Below are positions 49,033 through 57,742 of a DNA stretch of 64,000 nt, in pieces. Within the stretch, counting starts at the first letter, position 1; each line of letters starts with the position of its first letter. A program made the position numbers and the translations under genes. Under the pieces are notes generated by a model. That model had not been told where the DNA came from, made no database searches, and saw only the letters and a list, made by a program, of their open reading frames with translations. The DNA is taken from the sequence record DRR723986_1328. One strand, given 5' to 3'.

Positions 49033-52000
49033 TAGACATGCTTGAAGGCGTCCTTCGGCGCCCCAAGACGGTATTCGTGATGATGCTGGCGCTGATCGTT
49101 GCCGGTGTCGCCACCTATATCTCGATCCCGAAAGAAGCCAGCCCGGACATTGATCTGCCGATCTTCTACATTTCGATCACCCAGCAGGGCATTTCTCCGG
49201 AAGACTCCGAGCGCCTGCTCGTGCGGCCGATGGAAACGGAGTTGCGCGGCCTTGACGGGTTGAAGGAAATCACCGCGATCGCGTCGGAAAGTCATGCCGG
49301 CATCGTGCTGGAGTTCGACATCTCGTTCAACAAGGACGAGGCGCTGGCGGACGTGCGCGACAAGGTCGACCAGGCCAAGAGCAAGCTGCCGGACGAGGCT
49401 GAAGAGCCGACGATCACGGAAATGAACTTCGCACTTGCGCCGACCATGATCATCGCCTTGTCGGGCAACGTGCCGGAGCGCACGCTCTACAAGCACGCCC
49501 GGCGTCTCAAGGACGAGATCGAGGCCATCGACACCGTCCGGTCGGCGGATCTGACCGGGCACCGCGAAGAGCTGCTGGAAGTCCTGATCGACACCCAGAA
49601 ACTGGAATCCTACTCGATCACCCAGCAGGAGCTCCTGAACTCGCTGCAGCTCAACAACCAGCTTGTTCCTGCGGGCTTTATCGACGGCGGCAAGGGCCGC
49701 TTCAACGTTAAGGTGCCCGGCCTCGTAGAGACCGCAGAGGATGTCTACACGCTGCCGCTGAAACAGAGCGGTGAAGGTGTCGTGACCCTTGCAGATGTCG
49801 CCGAGATCCGGCGCACCTTCAAGGATCCCAACGCCTACACACGCGTCAACGGCAACCGGGCAATTGCTCTTCAGGTCGTCAAGCGTATCGGCACCAACAT
49901 TATCGAGAACAACGCGGCAGTCCGTGAAGTTGTCGAACATGCCTCCAAGGACTGGCCGGAAACCGTTCGCGTCGACATGATGCTCGACCAGTCCAACAAC
50001 ATCTTCGAAGTGCTCGGCTCGCTGCAATCGTCGATCCTGACGGCGATCTTCCTGGTGATGATCCTTGTTCTGGCGGCGCTTGGCATGCGCTCCGCGCTGC
50101 TCGTGGGTCTGGCGATCCCGACCTCCTTCATGGTTGGCTTCCTGATCCTTGGCGGCGTTGGCTACACGGTCAACAACATGGTCATGTTCGGCCTCGTTCT
50201 GACCGTTGGCCTGCTGGTCGACGGTGCCATCGTGATGACCGAATATGCCGACCGCAAGATCCAGGAAGGCATGGAAGACCGCGAGGCCTATATCCGCGCC
50301 GCGAAGCTGATGTTCTGGCCGATCGTCTCCTCGACGGCCACCACGCTGGTAGCGTTCCTGCCCATGCTGCTGTGGCCGGGTGTTGCCGGCGAGTTCATGA
50401 GCTACCTGCCGATCATGGTGATCATCGTCCTGACCGCCTCGCTGTTCACCGCCATGGTGTTCCTGCCGGTGACAGGGGGCATCCTGGCCCAGGTCTCGCA
50501 TTTCCTGAACAGGTATGCCGCTGGACTTCTGGCACTGACATTTGGCGTTCTGGCCGCCGTCATTGTCGGATTCGGCCCGTTCGTACCGATGGCTCTCGAA
50601 GGCGTCGTGCCAGCGGTGGCTGCAATCGGCATCGCCATCCTGTGCGGCCTGGTGGCCCTCGTCCTTGTCGGCTTTGTTTCCTACAAGCTGCTGCGTCCGT
50701 TTGTGCGCTGGTCTCAGGCACGAGCTGCCAAGAGAGCCGAAAAGGAACGTGCGGAAGCTGCCGCCCTTTCCGGCTCCGAAGCTTTCGATGTCAAGAAAGT
50801 AAGCGGGTTCACCGGCATCTATGTTCGCGTCCTGAAGATGTTTGCAGGCAACCCGATCGGCAACATCGCCGCTATCGTGCTGCTGATCGGCAGTTGCTTT
50901 GCGATCGTTGGCGCGTTCATGGCGAACCCGACCGGTGTTCAGTTCTTCATCGATGAAGAACCGGAACAAGCGGTGGTTCTTGTTTCCGGCCGTGGCAACA
51001 TGTCTGCCTCGGAAGCGCGCGATCTCGTTGTGCAGGTTGAAGACAGGATCATGTCCATTCCGGGCGTCGACAATGTCATCACCAACGCGTTCACACCCGG
51101 CGGTTCGTCCGGCGGCCCCTCCGTCGGCGACGTCCAGGACAAGCCTGCCGACGTGATGGGCGAGATCAATATCGAGCTTGCAGACTTCTGCTGCCGCCGG
51201 GTGGCGAAGGAGATCTTCGCCGACATCCGTAACGCGACCAGTGACATCCCCGGCATCAAGGTGGAGACCCGCAAGATCGAAGGCGGTCCGCCAACGGGCA
51301 AGGACGTTCAGCTGGAGATCAAGTCCACCGACTACAACGACATGGTTGCTGCTGTCGCCCGCATTCGCGAGCACATCAACGGCATGGATACGCTGATGAA
51401 CCAGGAGGACGACCGTCCCCTGCCCGGTATCGAATGGCAGATCTCCATCGATCGGGAACAGGCCGGCCGCTACCAGGCAAGCATCGCTTCCGTTGGCAAC
51501 ATGGTCCAGCTGGTCACCAACGGTGTTCTGATCGGCACCTATCGTCCCGGAGACAGCGAGGACGAGGTGGACATTCGCGTGCGCCTGCCGGAGAACGAGC
51601 GGACCATTGACCGGTTCGACCAGCTGCGGCTGCAGACCTCGCTTGGACTGGTGCCTCTGGCAAACTTCGTCAGCCGCGAGCCGGCCCAGAAGGTGTCGGA
51701 AATCGTGCGTCGTGACGGGCTCTATTCCATGTTCGTGAAGGCGGCGGTCAATCCGGAAAGCGGTTCGACGCCGACAGAACAGGTTGCAGATCTTCAGAAG
51801 TGGCTGGATACGCAGGAATGGCCTGCCAACGTGTTCCTGAAATTCCGCGGCGCGGATGAGGACCAGCAGGAGTCAGGCGAGTTCCTGATGAAAGCGATGG
51901 TGGCATCGCTGTTCCTGATGTTCCTGATCCTGCTGACCCAGTTCAACTCGTTCTACCAGACGATCCTGACGCTCTCGACGGTGGTTCTGTCAGTGTTCGG

Positions 52001-52592
52001 GGTGCTGCTCGGAATGCTCGTCACCAATCAGCCGTTCTCGATCATCATGACCGGGACCGGGGTGGTGGCGCTTGCCGGGATTGTGGTCAACAATGCCATC
52101 GTTCTGATCGATACCTACAACAGGTTCCTTCATGACGGCCTTCCCCCGCTGGACGCGATCCTGAAAACATCCGCTCAGCGTATCCGGCCGATCCTGCTGA
52201 CCACCATCACAACCATCGCCGGCCTGGTGCCCATGGCCACCATGATCAACTTCGATTTCTTCAATCAGGTGATCACCTATGGCGGCATCACGGCGGTCTG
52301 GTGGGTGCAGTTGGCAACGGCGGTCATATCCGGCCTTGCTTTCTCCACCTTGCTGACGCTGCTGATGATCCCGGTCATGATCGCGCTGCCGAGTGTATGG
52401 TCAAGCACCTTCTGGAAGGTGGTGTCCTCTGTCCGGCGCAAGCCAGGTACTGCCACCGAGGAGGTAACTCCGGAACCTGTGGCTCTTGGCGATCAGCCCG
52501 AACAGCGCCCGGCTGCAAAGGTGGTTTCCATGCCGAAGCCGTCGCAACCGAAAATCCCACCGCAGGAGGAACTGCCGCACGCGGCAGAGTGA
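49029..52592 (+). CDS. RND efflux transporter permease (AcrB-like)
   Basis: IPKEASPDI, GLLVDGAIV, SSTATTLVAFLP, GIVVNNAIVL, RIRPILLT. Confidence 0.94.
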   Translation: MIDMLEGVLRRPKTVFVMMLALIVAGVATYISIPKEASPDIDLPIFYISITQQGISPEDSERLLVRPMETELRGLDGLKEITAIASESHAGIVLEFDISFNKDEALADVRDKVDQAKSKLPDEAEEPTITEMNFALAPTMIIALSGNVPERTLYKHARRLKDEIEAIDTVRSADLTGHREELLEVLIDTQKLESYSITQQELLNSLQLNNQLVPAGFIDGGKGRFNVKVPGLVETAEDVYTLPLKQSGEGVVTLADVAEIRRTFKDPNAYTRVNGNRAIALQVVKRIGTNIIENNAAVREVVEHASKDWPETVRVDMMLDQSNNIFEVLGSLQSSILTAIFLVMILVLAALGMRSALLVGLAIPTSFMVGFLILGGVGYTVNNMVMFGLVLTVGLLVDGAIVMTEYADRKIQEGMEDREAYIRAAKLMFWPIVSSTATTLVAFLPMLLWPGVAGEFMSYLPIMVIIVLTASLFTAMVFLPVTGGILAQVSHFLNRYAAGLLALTFGVLAAVIVGFGPFVPMALEGVVPAVAAIGIAILCGLVALVLVGFVSYKLLRPFVRWSQARAAKRAEKERAEAAALSGSEAFDVKKVSGFTGIYVRVLKMFAGNPIGNIAAIVLLIGSCFAIVGAFMANPTGVQFFIDEEPEQAVVLVSGRGNMSASEARDLVVQVEDRIMSIPGVDNVITNAFTPGGSSGGPSVGDVQDKPADVMGEINIELADFCCRRVAKEIFADIRNATSDIPGIKVETRKIEGGPPTGKDVQLEIKSTDYNDMVAAVARIREHINGMDTLMNQEDDRPLPGIEWQISIDREQAGRYQASIASVGNMVQLVTNGVLIGTYRPGDSEDEVDIRVRLPENERTIDRFDQLRLQTSLGLVPLANFVSREPAQKVSEIVRRDGLYSMFVKAAVNPESGSTPTEQVADLQKWLDTQEWPANVFLKFRGADEDQQESGEFLMKAMVASLFLMFLILLTQFNSFYQTILTLSTVVLSVFGVLLGMLVTNQPFSIIMTGTGVVALAGIVVNNAIVLIDTYNRFLHDGLPPLDAILKTSAQRIRPILLTTITTIAGLVPMATMINFDFFNQVITYGGITAVWWVQLATAVISGLAFSTLLTLLMIPVMIALPSVWSSTFWKVVSSVRRKPGTATEEVTPEPVALGDQPEQRPAAKVVSMPKPSQPKIPPQEELPHAAE

Positions 52593-52610
52593 TCCTATGC
52601 ACCTCCAAGC

Positions 52611-52641
52611 AAAAAGGCCGCCGGTTTCCGGCGGCCTTTTT
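52611..52641 (+). terminator. Rho-independent terminator
   Basis: AAAAAGGCCGCCGG-ttt-CCGGCGGCCTTTTT. Confidence 0.9.
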
Positions 52642-52710
52642 GTTTGCAACATGCAGCGTGTCTTCACCCGAATTCCAACCACTGCCCCTTGAATTCCGGC
52701 CCATCAATCA

Positions 52711-52735
52711 ATATAGTTGCAATATACAACTATAT
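52711..52735. promoter_or_regulatory. Putative MarR operator
   Basis: Perfect 9-7-9 inverted repeat ATATAGTTG-caatata-CAACTATAT, 10 nt upstream of ATG 52746. Confidence 0.7.
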
Positions 52736-52745
52736 AGGCTTTTGC

Positions 52746-53699
52746 ATGTCCCAGCATTCCCCCTCCCTCGTCAACGATATCCGTTCAGCGTCCCGCCAAC
52801 TGGTCCGGGAATTCGGCTTTCTGGACAAGACCATCGCCGGTACGGATCTGTCCGGTTCAGGTGTCCATGCAATGATGGAAATCGGTTTGAACCCAGGCAT
52901 TACGGCCAAGGAAATCTCGACGAGACTGAAGCTCGAGAAATCGACCATCAGCCGTTTGCTGAAGTCACTCGAGGCCCGCGGGGAAATCACGCAAACCCGG
53001 TCTGACAGCGATGGCCGATCATTCGGACTGACTTTGACCGGAACCGGTAAGGCCACCTTTGCGAAGATCGACAACTTTGGCGACGCCCTGGCCCGACGGG
53101 CGCTCAACCGGATCAACGGGGACAAGGCACAAGAGATTTGCGATGCCATGTCCGCCTATGCGGAAGCGCTCGCCATGCCGCAGGAAACGCCGGCAGATTA
53201 CCAGCCACAATTCACGGTCGCTGAAGGTTATCAAACCGGAATGATCGGTGACATTGCCGGAATGCATGCCCGCACTCACGGCCACATCGTCGGTATGGGG
53301 CCAACCTTTGAAAGTGTGGTCTCAAACGCCATGGCCGAATTCATGCCGCGCATCGGCAAACCGATGAACAACAGCTGGAGCGTGCTCGAAAACGGAGCCG
53401 TTATCGGATCGATCACCATCGATGGCGAAGACCTTGGCAACAACATCGCACATTTGCGCTGGTTCATTCTGTCCGAACGCCTGCGGGGCAAAGGATTGGG
53501 AAAAGTGCTGCTCCAGAAAGCCCTCGAACACTCGGATGCGCTTGGGTTCGATGAAATCCACCTCTGGACGCTCAAGGGGCTTGAAGCCGCACGTGTGCTC
53601 TACGAAAGAAACGGGTTCACCCTTGCGGAGGAATATGTCGGCGACCAGTGGGGCAAGGCCGTCACGGAACAGAAATTCATAAGAATTCGCCCGAAATAA
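52746..53699 (+). CDS. Bifunctional MarR-HTH / GNAT acetyltransferase
   Basis: LEKSTISRLL...DGRS wHTH; C-terminal LRWF...RGKGLGK...ARVLYERNGF GNAT. Confidence 0.9.
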   Translation: MSQHSPSLVNDIRSASRQLVREFGFLDKTIAGTDLSGSGVHAMMEIGLNPGITAKEISTRLKLEKSTISRLLKSLEARGEITQTRSDSDGRSFGLTLTGTGKATFAKIDNFGDALARRALNRINGDKAQEICDAMSAYAEALAMPQETPADYQPQFTVAEGYQTGMIGDIAGMHARTHGHIVGMGPTFESVVSNAMAEFMPRIGKPMNNSWSVLENGAVIGSITIDGEDLGNNIAHLRWFILSERLRGKGLGKVLLQKALEHSDALGFDEIHLWTLKGLEAARVLYERNGFTLAEEYVGDQWGKAVTEQKFIRIRPK

Positions 53700-53746
53700 A
53701 TTCGCAGCCCCCTATCACCGGGCCATATCAGCCTTTCAGCCCAAAA

Positions 53747-53778
53747 GGAACGGTTCGGGTCTTCGCCAGAACCGTTCC
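53747..53778. terminator. Hairpin between convergent genes
   Basis: GGAACGGTTC...GAACCGTTCC with AAAA on the left (U tract on the minus strand). Confidence 0.6.
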
Positions 53779-53787
53779 TGTGTTTGC

Positions 53788-54537
53788 TCATCCCTTGGAG
53801 ATGGAGTTTCCGCCATCACAGAGCATGGCGGAACCGGTGACGAAAGAACTGGCGTCGGACAGCAGAAACGCAGCTGCCTTGGCGATCTCTTCGGGTTCGG
53901 CCATCCGCTTCAACGCGTGGAGGCCGGCGATATACTCGCGGAATGCCGGGTCATCGCCCCCCATCTCGGTCTTCGTGCCACCAGGAAGAAGCGCATTGAC
54001 CCGGATGTTTTCCGGTCCGTGTTCCACGGCCAGAACCTGTGTCAGGCCGACAAGCCCCGCCTTCGCAGCCGCATAGGCGGCCATGCCCGGAAAACCGATG
54101 GTATGGCCAACGAACGACGAGGTGAACACAATCGACCCGCCTCCCCGTTCGCGCATGGCCGGGATCTGGTATTTGGCCGCGAGAAAGGCGCTGTTGAGAT
54201 TGGTGGCGACAACATGGTTCCAGGTTTCCATGCTCATGTCGGGCACCGGCCCCATTTCTCCTAGCGTACCTGCATTATTGAAGGCACCGTCGAGGCCACC
54301 GAAGGCGTCGAGCGTCGCTTTCACGGAAGCTTCGGAAAATGTGGTATCGCAGACGTCGCCAACGAATAGTGCGATCCGGTTGGATGCATGGGGCAATGAC
54401 GACCGCAGCTCTTTCAGTCGGTCTTCCCGTCGGGCAGCCAGCATCAGGTTCGCACCGGTGTCGGCCAGAAGACGCGCGGCAGCCGCTCCGATGCCACTGC
54501 TGGCACCGGTGATCAGAATTGTCTTTCCATCAAGCAT
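53788..54537 (-). CDS. Short-chain dehydrogenase/reductase
   Basis: TGASSGIG, FNNAG, YAAAK, LPGGTKT. Confidence 0.92.
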   Translation of the reverse strand: MLDGKTILITGASSGIGAAAARLLADTGANLMLAARREDRLKELRSSLPHASNRIALFVGDVCDTTFSEASVKATLDAFGGLDGAFNNAGTLGEMGPVPDMSMETWNHVVATNLNSAFLAAKYQIPAMRERGGGSIVFTSSFVGHTIGFPGMAAYAAAKAGLVGLTQVLAVEHGPENIRVNALLPGGTKTEMGGDDPAFREYIAGLHALKRMAEPEEIAKAAAFLLSDASSFVTGSAMLCDGGNSISKG

Positions 54538-54618
54538 GAGAAGGCTCCTCATTTGTCGAGGAGGCCTAATTGAACCAGAAAATCGCCTGCTGAAACCCGA
54601 TTTGCGATCAGGTGTGCG

Positions 54619-55491
54619 TCAGCCGCCGTGGTCCTTGTCCCTGTCCGCGATATTGTCGAGATCGGTATCGCATTCGTCACCGTCGTCATCGAGGCCCAGC
54701 GAGGCGTCTGCGAGCACCAGCTTCCTGTGCGCACGCCAGGACAACGGAATGGTCAGCAGGTAAAGGACCGCTCCTCCCGCCAACATCCGGAAAGGATAGG
54801 AAACGGTCAGCGCCACCACCAGAACTGCAACCAGGAACAACGGCAATACAAAGTCGCGGCGCACCCTCGTGCCCAGCGTCTTGCCGGAATAGGTCGGCAA
54901 ACGGCTGATCAGCAGGAAGGCAACTCCGATCGTATAGGCTGCAACAAAAGCTGAATCTGCGAACCAGTGCGGAAACAGGCCGAGAAAATCGAGATAAAGC
55001 GGCAGGAGCACGGTCAGCGCTCCGGCCGGTGCAGGCACGCCTGTGAAGAAACGCGACGCCCAGGCAGGCTTGTTCGGATCGTCCAGGGCCACATTGAAAC
55101 GCGCCAGACGGAGTGCGGCGGAGATCGCGAAGATAAGGCCTGCGATCCACCCCATGTTGCCTGCATCCTTGAGGATCCAGAGATAGAGCATCAAGGCCGG
55201 CGTGACGCCGAAATTGACAAAATCCGAAAGAGAATCCAGTTCCGCACCGAAACGCGACGTTCCCTTCATCATGCGTGCGACACGACCATCGAGCCCGTCC
55301 AGCACGGCTGCCACGAGAACGGCACCGACCGCGAATTCCCAGCGGCCCTCGAAGGCCATGCGCACAGCGGTCAGACCGGAGCACAGCGCCAGCAACGTCA
55401 CCATGTTCGGAATGATCAGGCGCAAGGGTACGCGCCGGAAGCGCGGTGTTCTGCGGGTGTCGGCCGGTCCTTGGTCGGGCGTCTCGTTCAC
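54619..55491 (-). CDS. pssA: CDP-diacylglycerol--serine O-phosphatidyltransferase
   Basis: PNMVT, DGLDGRVAR, FGAELDSLSDFVNFGVTPA, RLARFN, FTGVPAP. Confidence 0.93.
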   Translation of the reverse strand: MNETPDQGPADTRRTPRFRRVPLRLIIPNMVTLLALCSGLTAVRMAFEGRWEFAVGAVLVAAVLDGLDGRVARMMKGTSRFGAELDSLSDFVNFGVTPALMLYLWILKDAGNMGWIAGLIFAISAALRLARFNVALDDPNKPAWASRFFTGVPAPAGALTVLLPLYLDFLGLFPHWFADSAFVAAYTIGVAFLLISRLPTYSGKTLGTRVRRDFVLPLFLVAVLVVALTVSYPFRMLAGGAVLYLLTIPLSWRAHRKLVLADASLGLDDDGDECDTDLDNIADRDKDHGG

Positions 55492-55498
55492 GGTGGCC

Positions 55499-56203
55499 TC
55501 AGCTTACACGGGTCAGGGACTGAGCCGGGCTTTGCGGTGCCGACAGATCTGCCAGCACGGTCTCGCCGGCAATCATGGTCTGGCCGAGGGCAACCTTTGG
55601 CTGGGTTCCGACCGGAAAATAGACATCAAGACGCGACCCGAAACGGATCAGACCAAAGCGCTCGCCGGCAGAGAGATTTTCTCCTTCACGAACGAAGCAG
55701 ACAATACGGCGGGCAACAAGACCGGCGATCTGCACGACACCGATCCGGCCGTTGCCGGTATCGATGACCAGTCCGTTGCGCTCGTTGTCTTCACTGGCCT
55801 TGTCCAGTTCCGCGTTCAGAAACTTGCCGGCACGGTAGGCGACGCGCTCTATGCGCCCGCCAACAGGTGCCCGGTTCACATGGCAGTTGAACACGTTCAT
55901 GAAGATGGAGACCCGCATCAGCGGTTCAGAACCGAGTTCCAGCTCAGCGGGCGGGCGTGCCAGGCCAACAAGGCTGACGACACCATCTGCCGGCGAAATC
56001 ACCAGCCCTTCGCCTACAGGCGTCACACGCTTGGGATCGCGGAAGAAATAACAGACCCACCCTGTGAGGAAGAGGCCGATCCAGAACAGCGGATCGATGA
56101 ACCAGCCGATAACGAGGGTCGCCACCAGAGCAATCGCGATGAAGGGCCAGCCTTCACGATGGATCGGCACCATGGCCTTGGAGACGGAATCGACTATCGA
56201 CAT
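55499..56203 (-). CDS. psd: Phosphatidylserine decarboxylase proenzyme
   Basis: [37 protein letters not shown] cleavage site. Confidence 0.95.
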   Translation of the reverse strand: MSIVDSVSKAMVPIHREGWPFIAIALVATLVIGWFIDPLFWIGLFLTGWVCYFFRDPKRVTPVGEGLVISPADGVVSLVGLARPPAELELGSEPLMRVSIFMNVFNCHVNRAPVGGRIERVAYRAGKFLNAELDKASEDNERNGLVIDTGNGRIGVVQIAGLVARRIVCFVREGENLSAGERFGLIRFGSRLDVYFPVGTQPKVALGQTMIAGETVLADLSAPQSPAQSLTRVS

Positions 56204-56349
56204 CTTCTTTTCTTCGCTTTCCATTGCTGCCCGGCGGCAGGCGTATTCCCGGCCCGGGACTGAACGCACCCGTTGCGCTTTAGCTTCTGCCCCGCTTCTA
56301 GTGGCTTTTCAAGGCAAAGAGAACCTGCTTTTCATGAAAATCACACGGT

Positions 56350-57282
56350 TTACGACCCGCTTGAGCCAGTGGAAGCCGTCCGATAGTCGCTCTCCCAGTA
56401 GGGCGGTCGACCGTACTTTGAAATCAGGAAATCGACAAAGGCTGTCACCTTGGGTGGAACGAACTGACTTGGCGGATAAACGGCCCAGATCGCCCCGGTG
56501 CGGGCAATCGTATAGTCTTCCATGACGGCGACCAGTCGCCCGTCGCGAAGGTCTTCCCAGACATGTGCCAGTGACTTCAGGCTGAGGCCAAGGCCGTGAA
56601 GCGCGGCGTCGTAAGTCAGGTCGCCGCTATCGCCCTTGATCACCGGCTTCTGGATTTCGAAGGCGACCTCCCCCTCCGGCCCGTTGAAATACCAGAACGG
56701 CATGGAGGCCATGGCGATGCAGTCGTGGTTGGCAAGGTCTTCCGGTGTGTGCGGCACGCCCTTGCGAGCAAGGTACGCCGGTGATGCACACAGGGCCCTT
56801 GGATTGCCGCCCAGCTTGCGGGACAGCAGAGAGGAATCGGTCAGTGGCGCTCCCCTCACCGCCATGTCATAGCCTTCCTCGATCACATCCACGATCCTGT
56901 CGGAAAAGTCCATTTCCAGCCTGATATCCGGGTAGAGTTCGCGGAACTCCACCAGATACGGCAGAATGTGCTTTCTTCCGAAGAATGTGTTGCAGGAAAA
57001 CCGAAGCGAGCCGCGCGGCGCTTCTGTGGAGGCTTCCAGGATCGAGCGGGCCTGTTCGATCTCACCAACTGCGGTGCGCGCGTGTTGCAGCAAAACACGG
57101 CCGGCTTCCGTCAACATCGTGCGTCTGGTGGTGCGGGCAAAAAGCTGGGATCCAAAGGACTTCTCAAGGCCGGTCAACCGCGTGCTGGCAGCTGAAGGCG
57201 ACAAGCCGATTTCCCGGCCGGCAGCAGCCATGCTGCCCAGTTCCGCGATGCGGACAAAAAACTGCAGGTCTTCCAGTCTCAT
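56350..57282 (-). CDS. LysR-family transcriptional regulator (CrgA-like)
   Basis: N-terminal HTH, LFARTTRR, DVIEEGYDMAVR, ASPAYL, PPKVTAFVDFL. Confidence 0.93.
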   Translation of the reverse strand: MRLEDLQFFVRIAELGSMAAAGREIGLSPSAASTRLTGLEKSFGSQLFARTTRRTMLTEAGRVLLQHARTAVGEIEQARSILEASTEAPRGSLRFSCNTFFGRKHILPYLVEFRELYPDIRLEMDFSDRIVDVIEEGYDMAVRGAPLTDSSLLSRKLGGNPRALCASPAYLARKGVPHTPEDLANHDCIAMASMPFWYFNGPEGEVAFEIQKPVIKGDSGDLTYDAALHGLGLSLKSLAHVWEDLRDGRLVAVMEDYTIARTGAIWAVYPPSQFVPPKVTAFVDFLISKYGRPPYWESDYRTASTGSSGS

Positions 57283-57293
57283 TGTTCCATTCT

Positions 57294-57331
57294 TTCGAAG
57301 AATTAATTCTACACCAGCCTTATTCTTCGAA
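57294..57331. promoter_or_regulatory. Inverted repeat in the LysR/small-gene divergent promoter
   Basis: TTCGAAGAAT-N18-ATTCTTCGAA. Confidence 0.45.
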
Positions 57332-57378
57332 GGAACGCAATATGAGACAAATGCTCATCCCAAGCGATGGAGAGCATT

Positions 57379-57570
57379 ATGACACATACAGGAGACGACT
57401 ACGAAGCCCGCGCCCGCGCTGCCCGCCACCAGGAACTGCGCCGCCTTGCCAAGGCACTTTCAAGACTGTTGTTCAAAAGGGGTGAAGCTGCCCAAAACAC
57501 CAATGTGCCGACAACAGGCCATGTGGCCTGCGACAATGATCAGGCACCGCAAACAATTCGTGCGGCCTGA
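57379..57570 (+). CDS. Small protein, RSP_7527-like
   Basis: GGAGAG RBS; 63 aa; amphipathic YEARARAARHQELRRLAKALSRLL; C-terminal ACDND...RAA. Confidence 0.6.
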   Translation: MTHTGDDYEARARAARHQELRRLAKALSRLLFKRGEAAQNTNVPTTGHVACDNDQAPQTIRAA

Positions 57571-57594
57571 CCTCCGGCAAGTTTCTGACTTCTT

Positions 57595-57721
57595 GTCATC
57601 CAGGAAGACCGGTGGTGGAGATCCGGGATCAGTGAGCCCAGATCTCTCATACAAGGGTCAGCGTCATGCCGGGAACAGGAGCATCCCCTCTCCCGGCCAG
57701 GGCTTGGCCAGGCCGGATGAC
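57595..57721. repeat. Degenerate REP/MITE-like palindromic element
   Basis: Terminal inverted repeats GTCATCC / GGATGAC; internal GATCCGGGATC and GCCGGGA...TCCCGGC stem. Confidence 0.5.
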
Positions 57722-57742
57722 CAGTAATAGCTGTCGCCAGAC

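Noticed and set aside
49026-51374. 782-aa antisense ORF over the RND gene
   Set aside because: Shadow frame of a GC-rich gene with biased codons; no motifs; lies opposite a confident CDS
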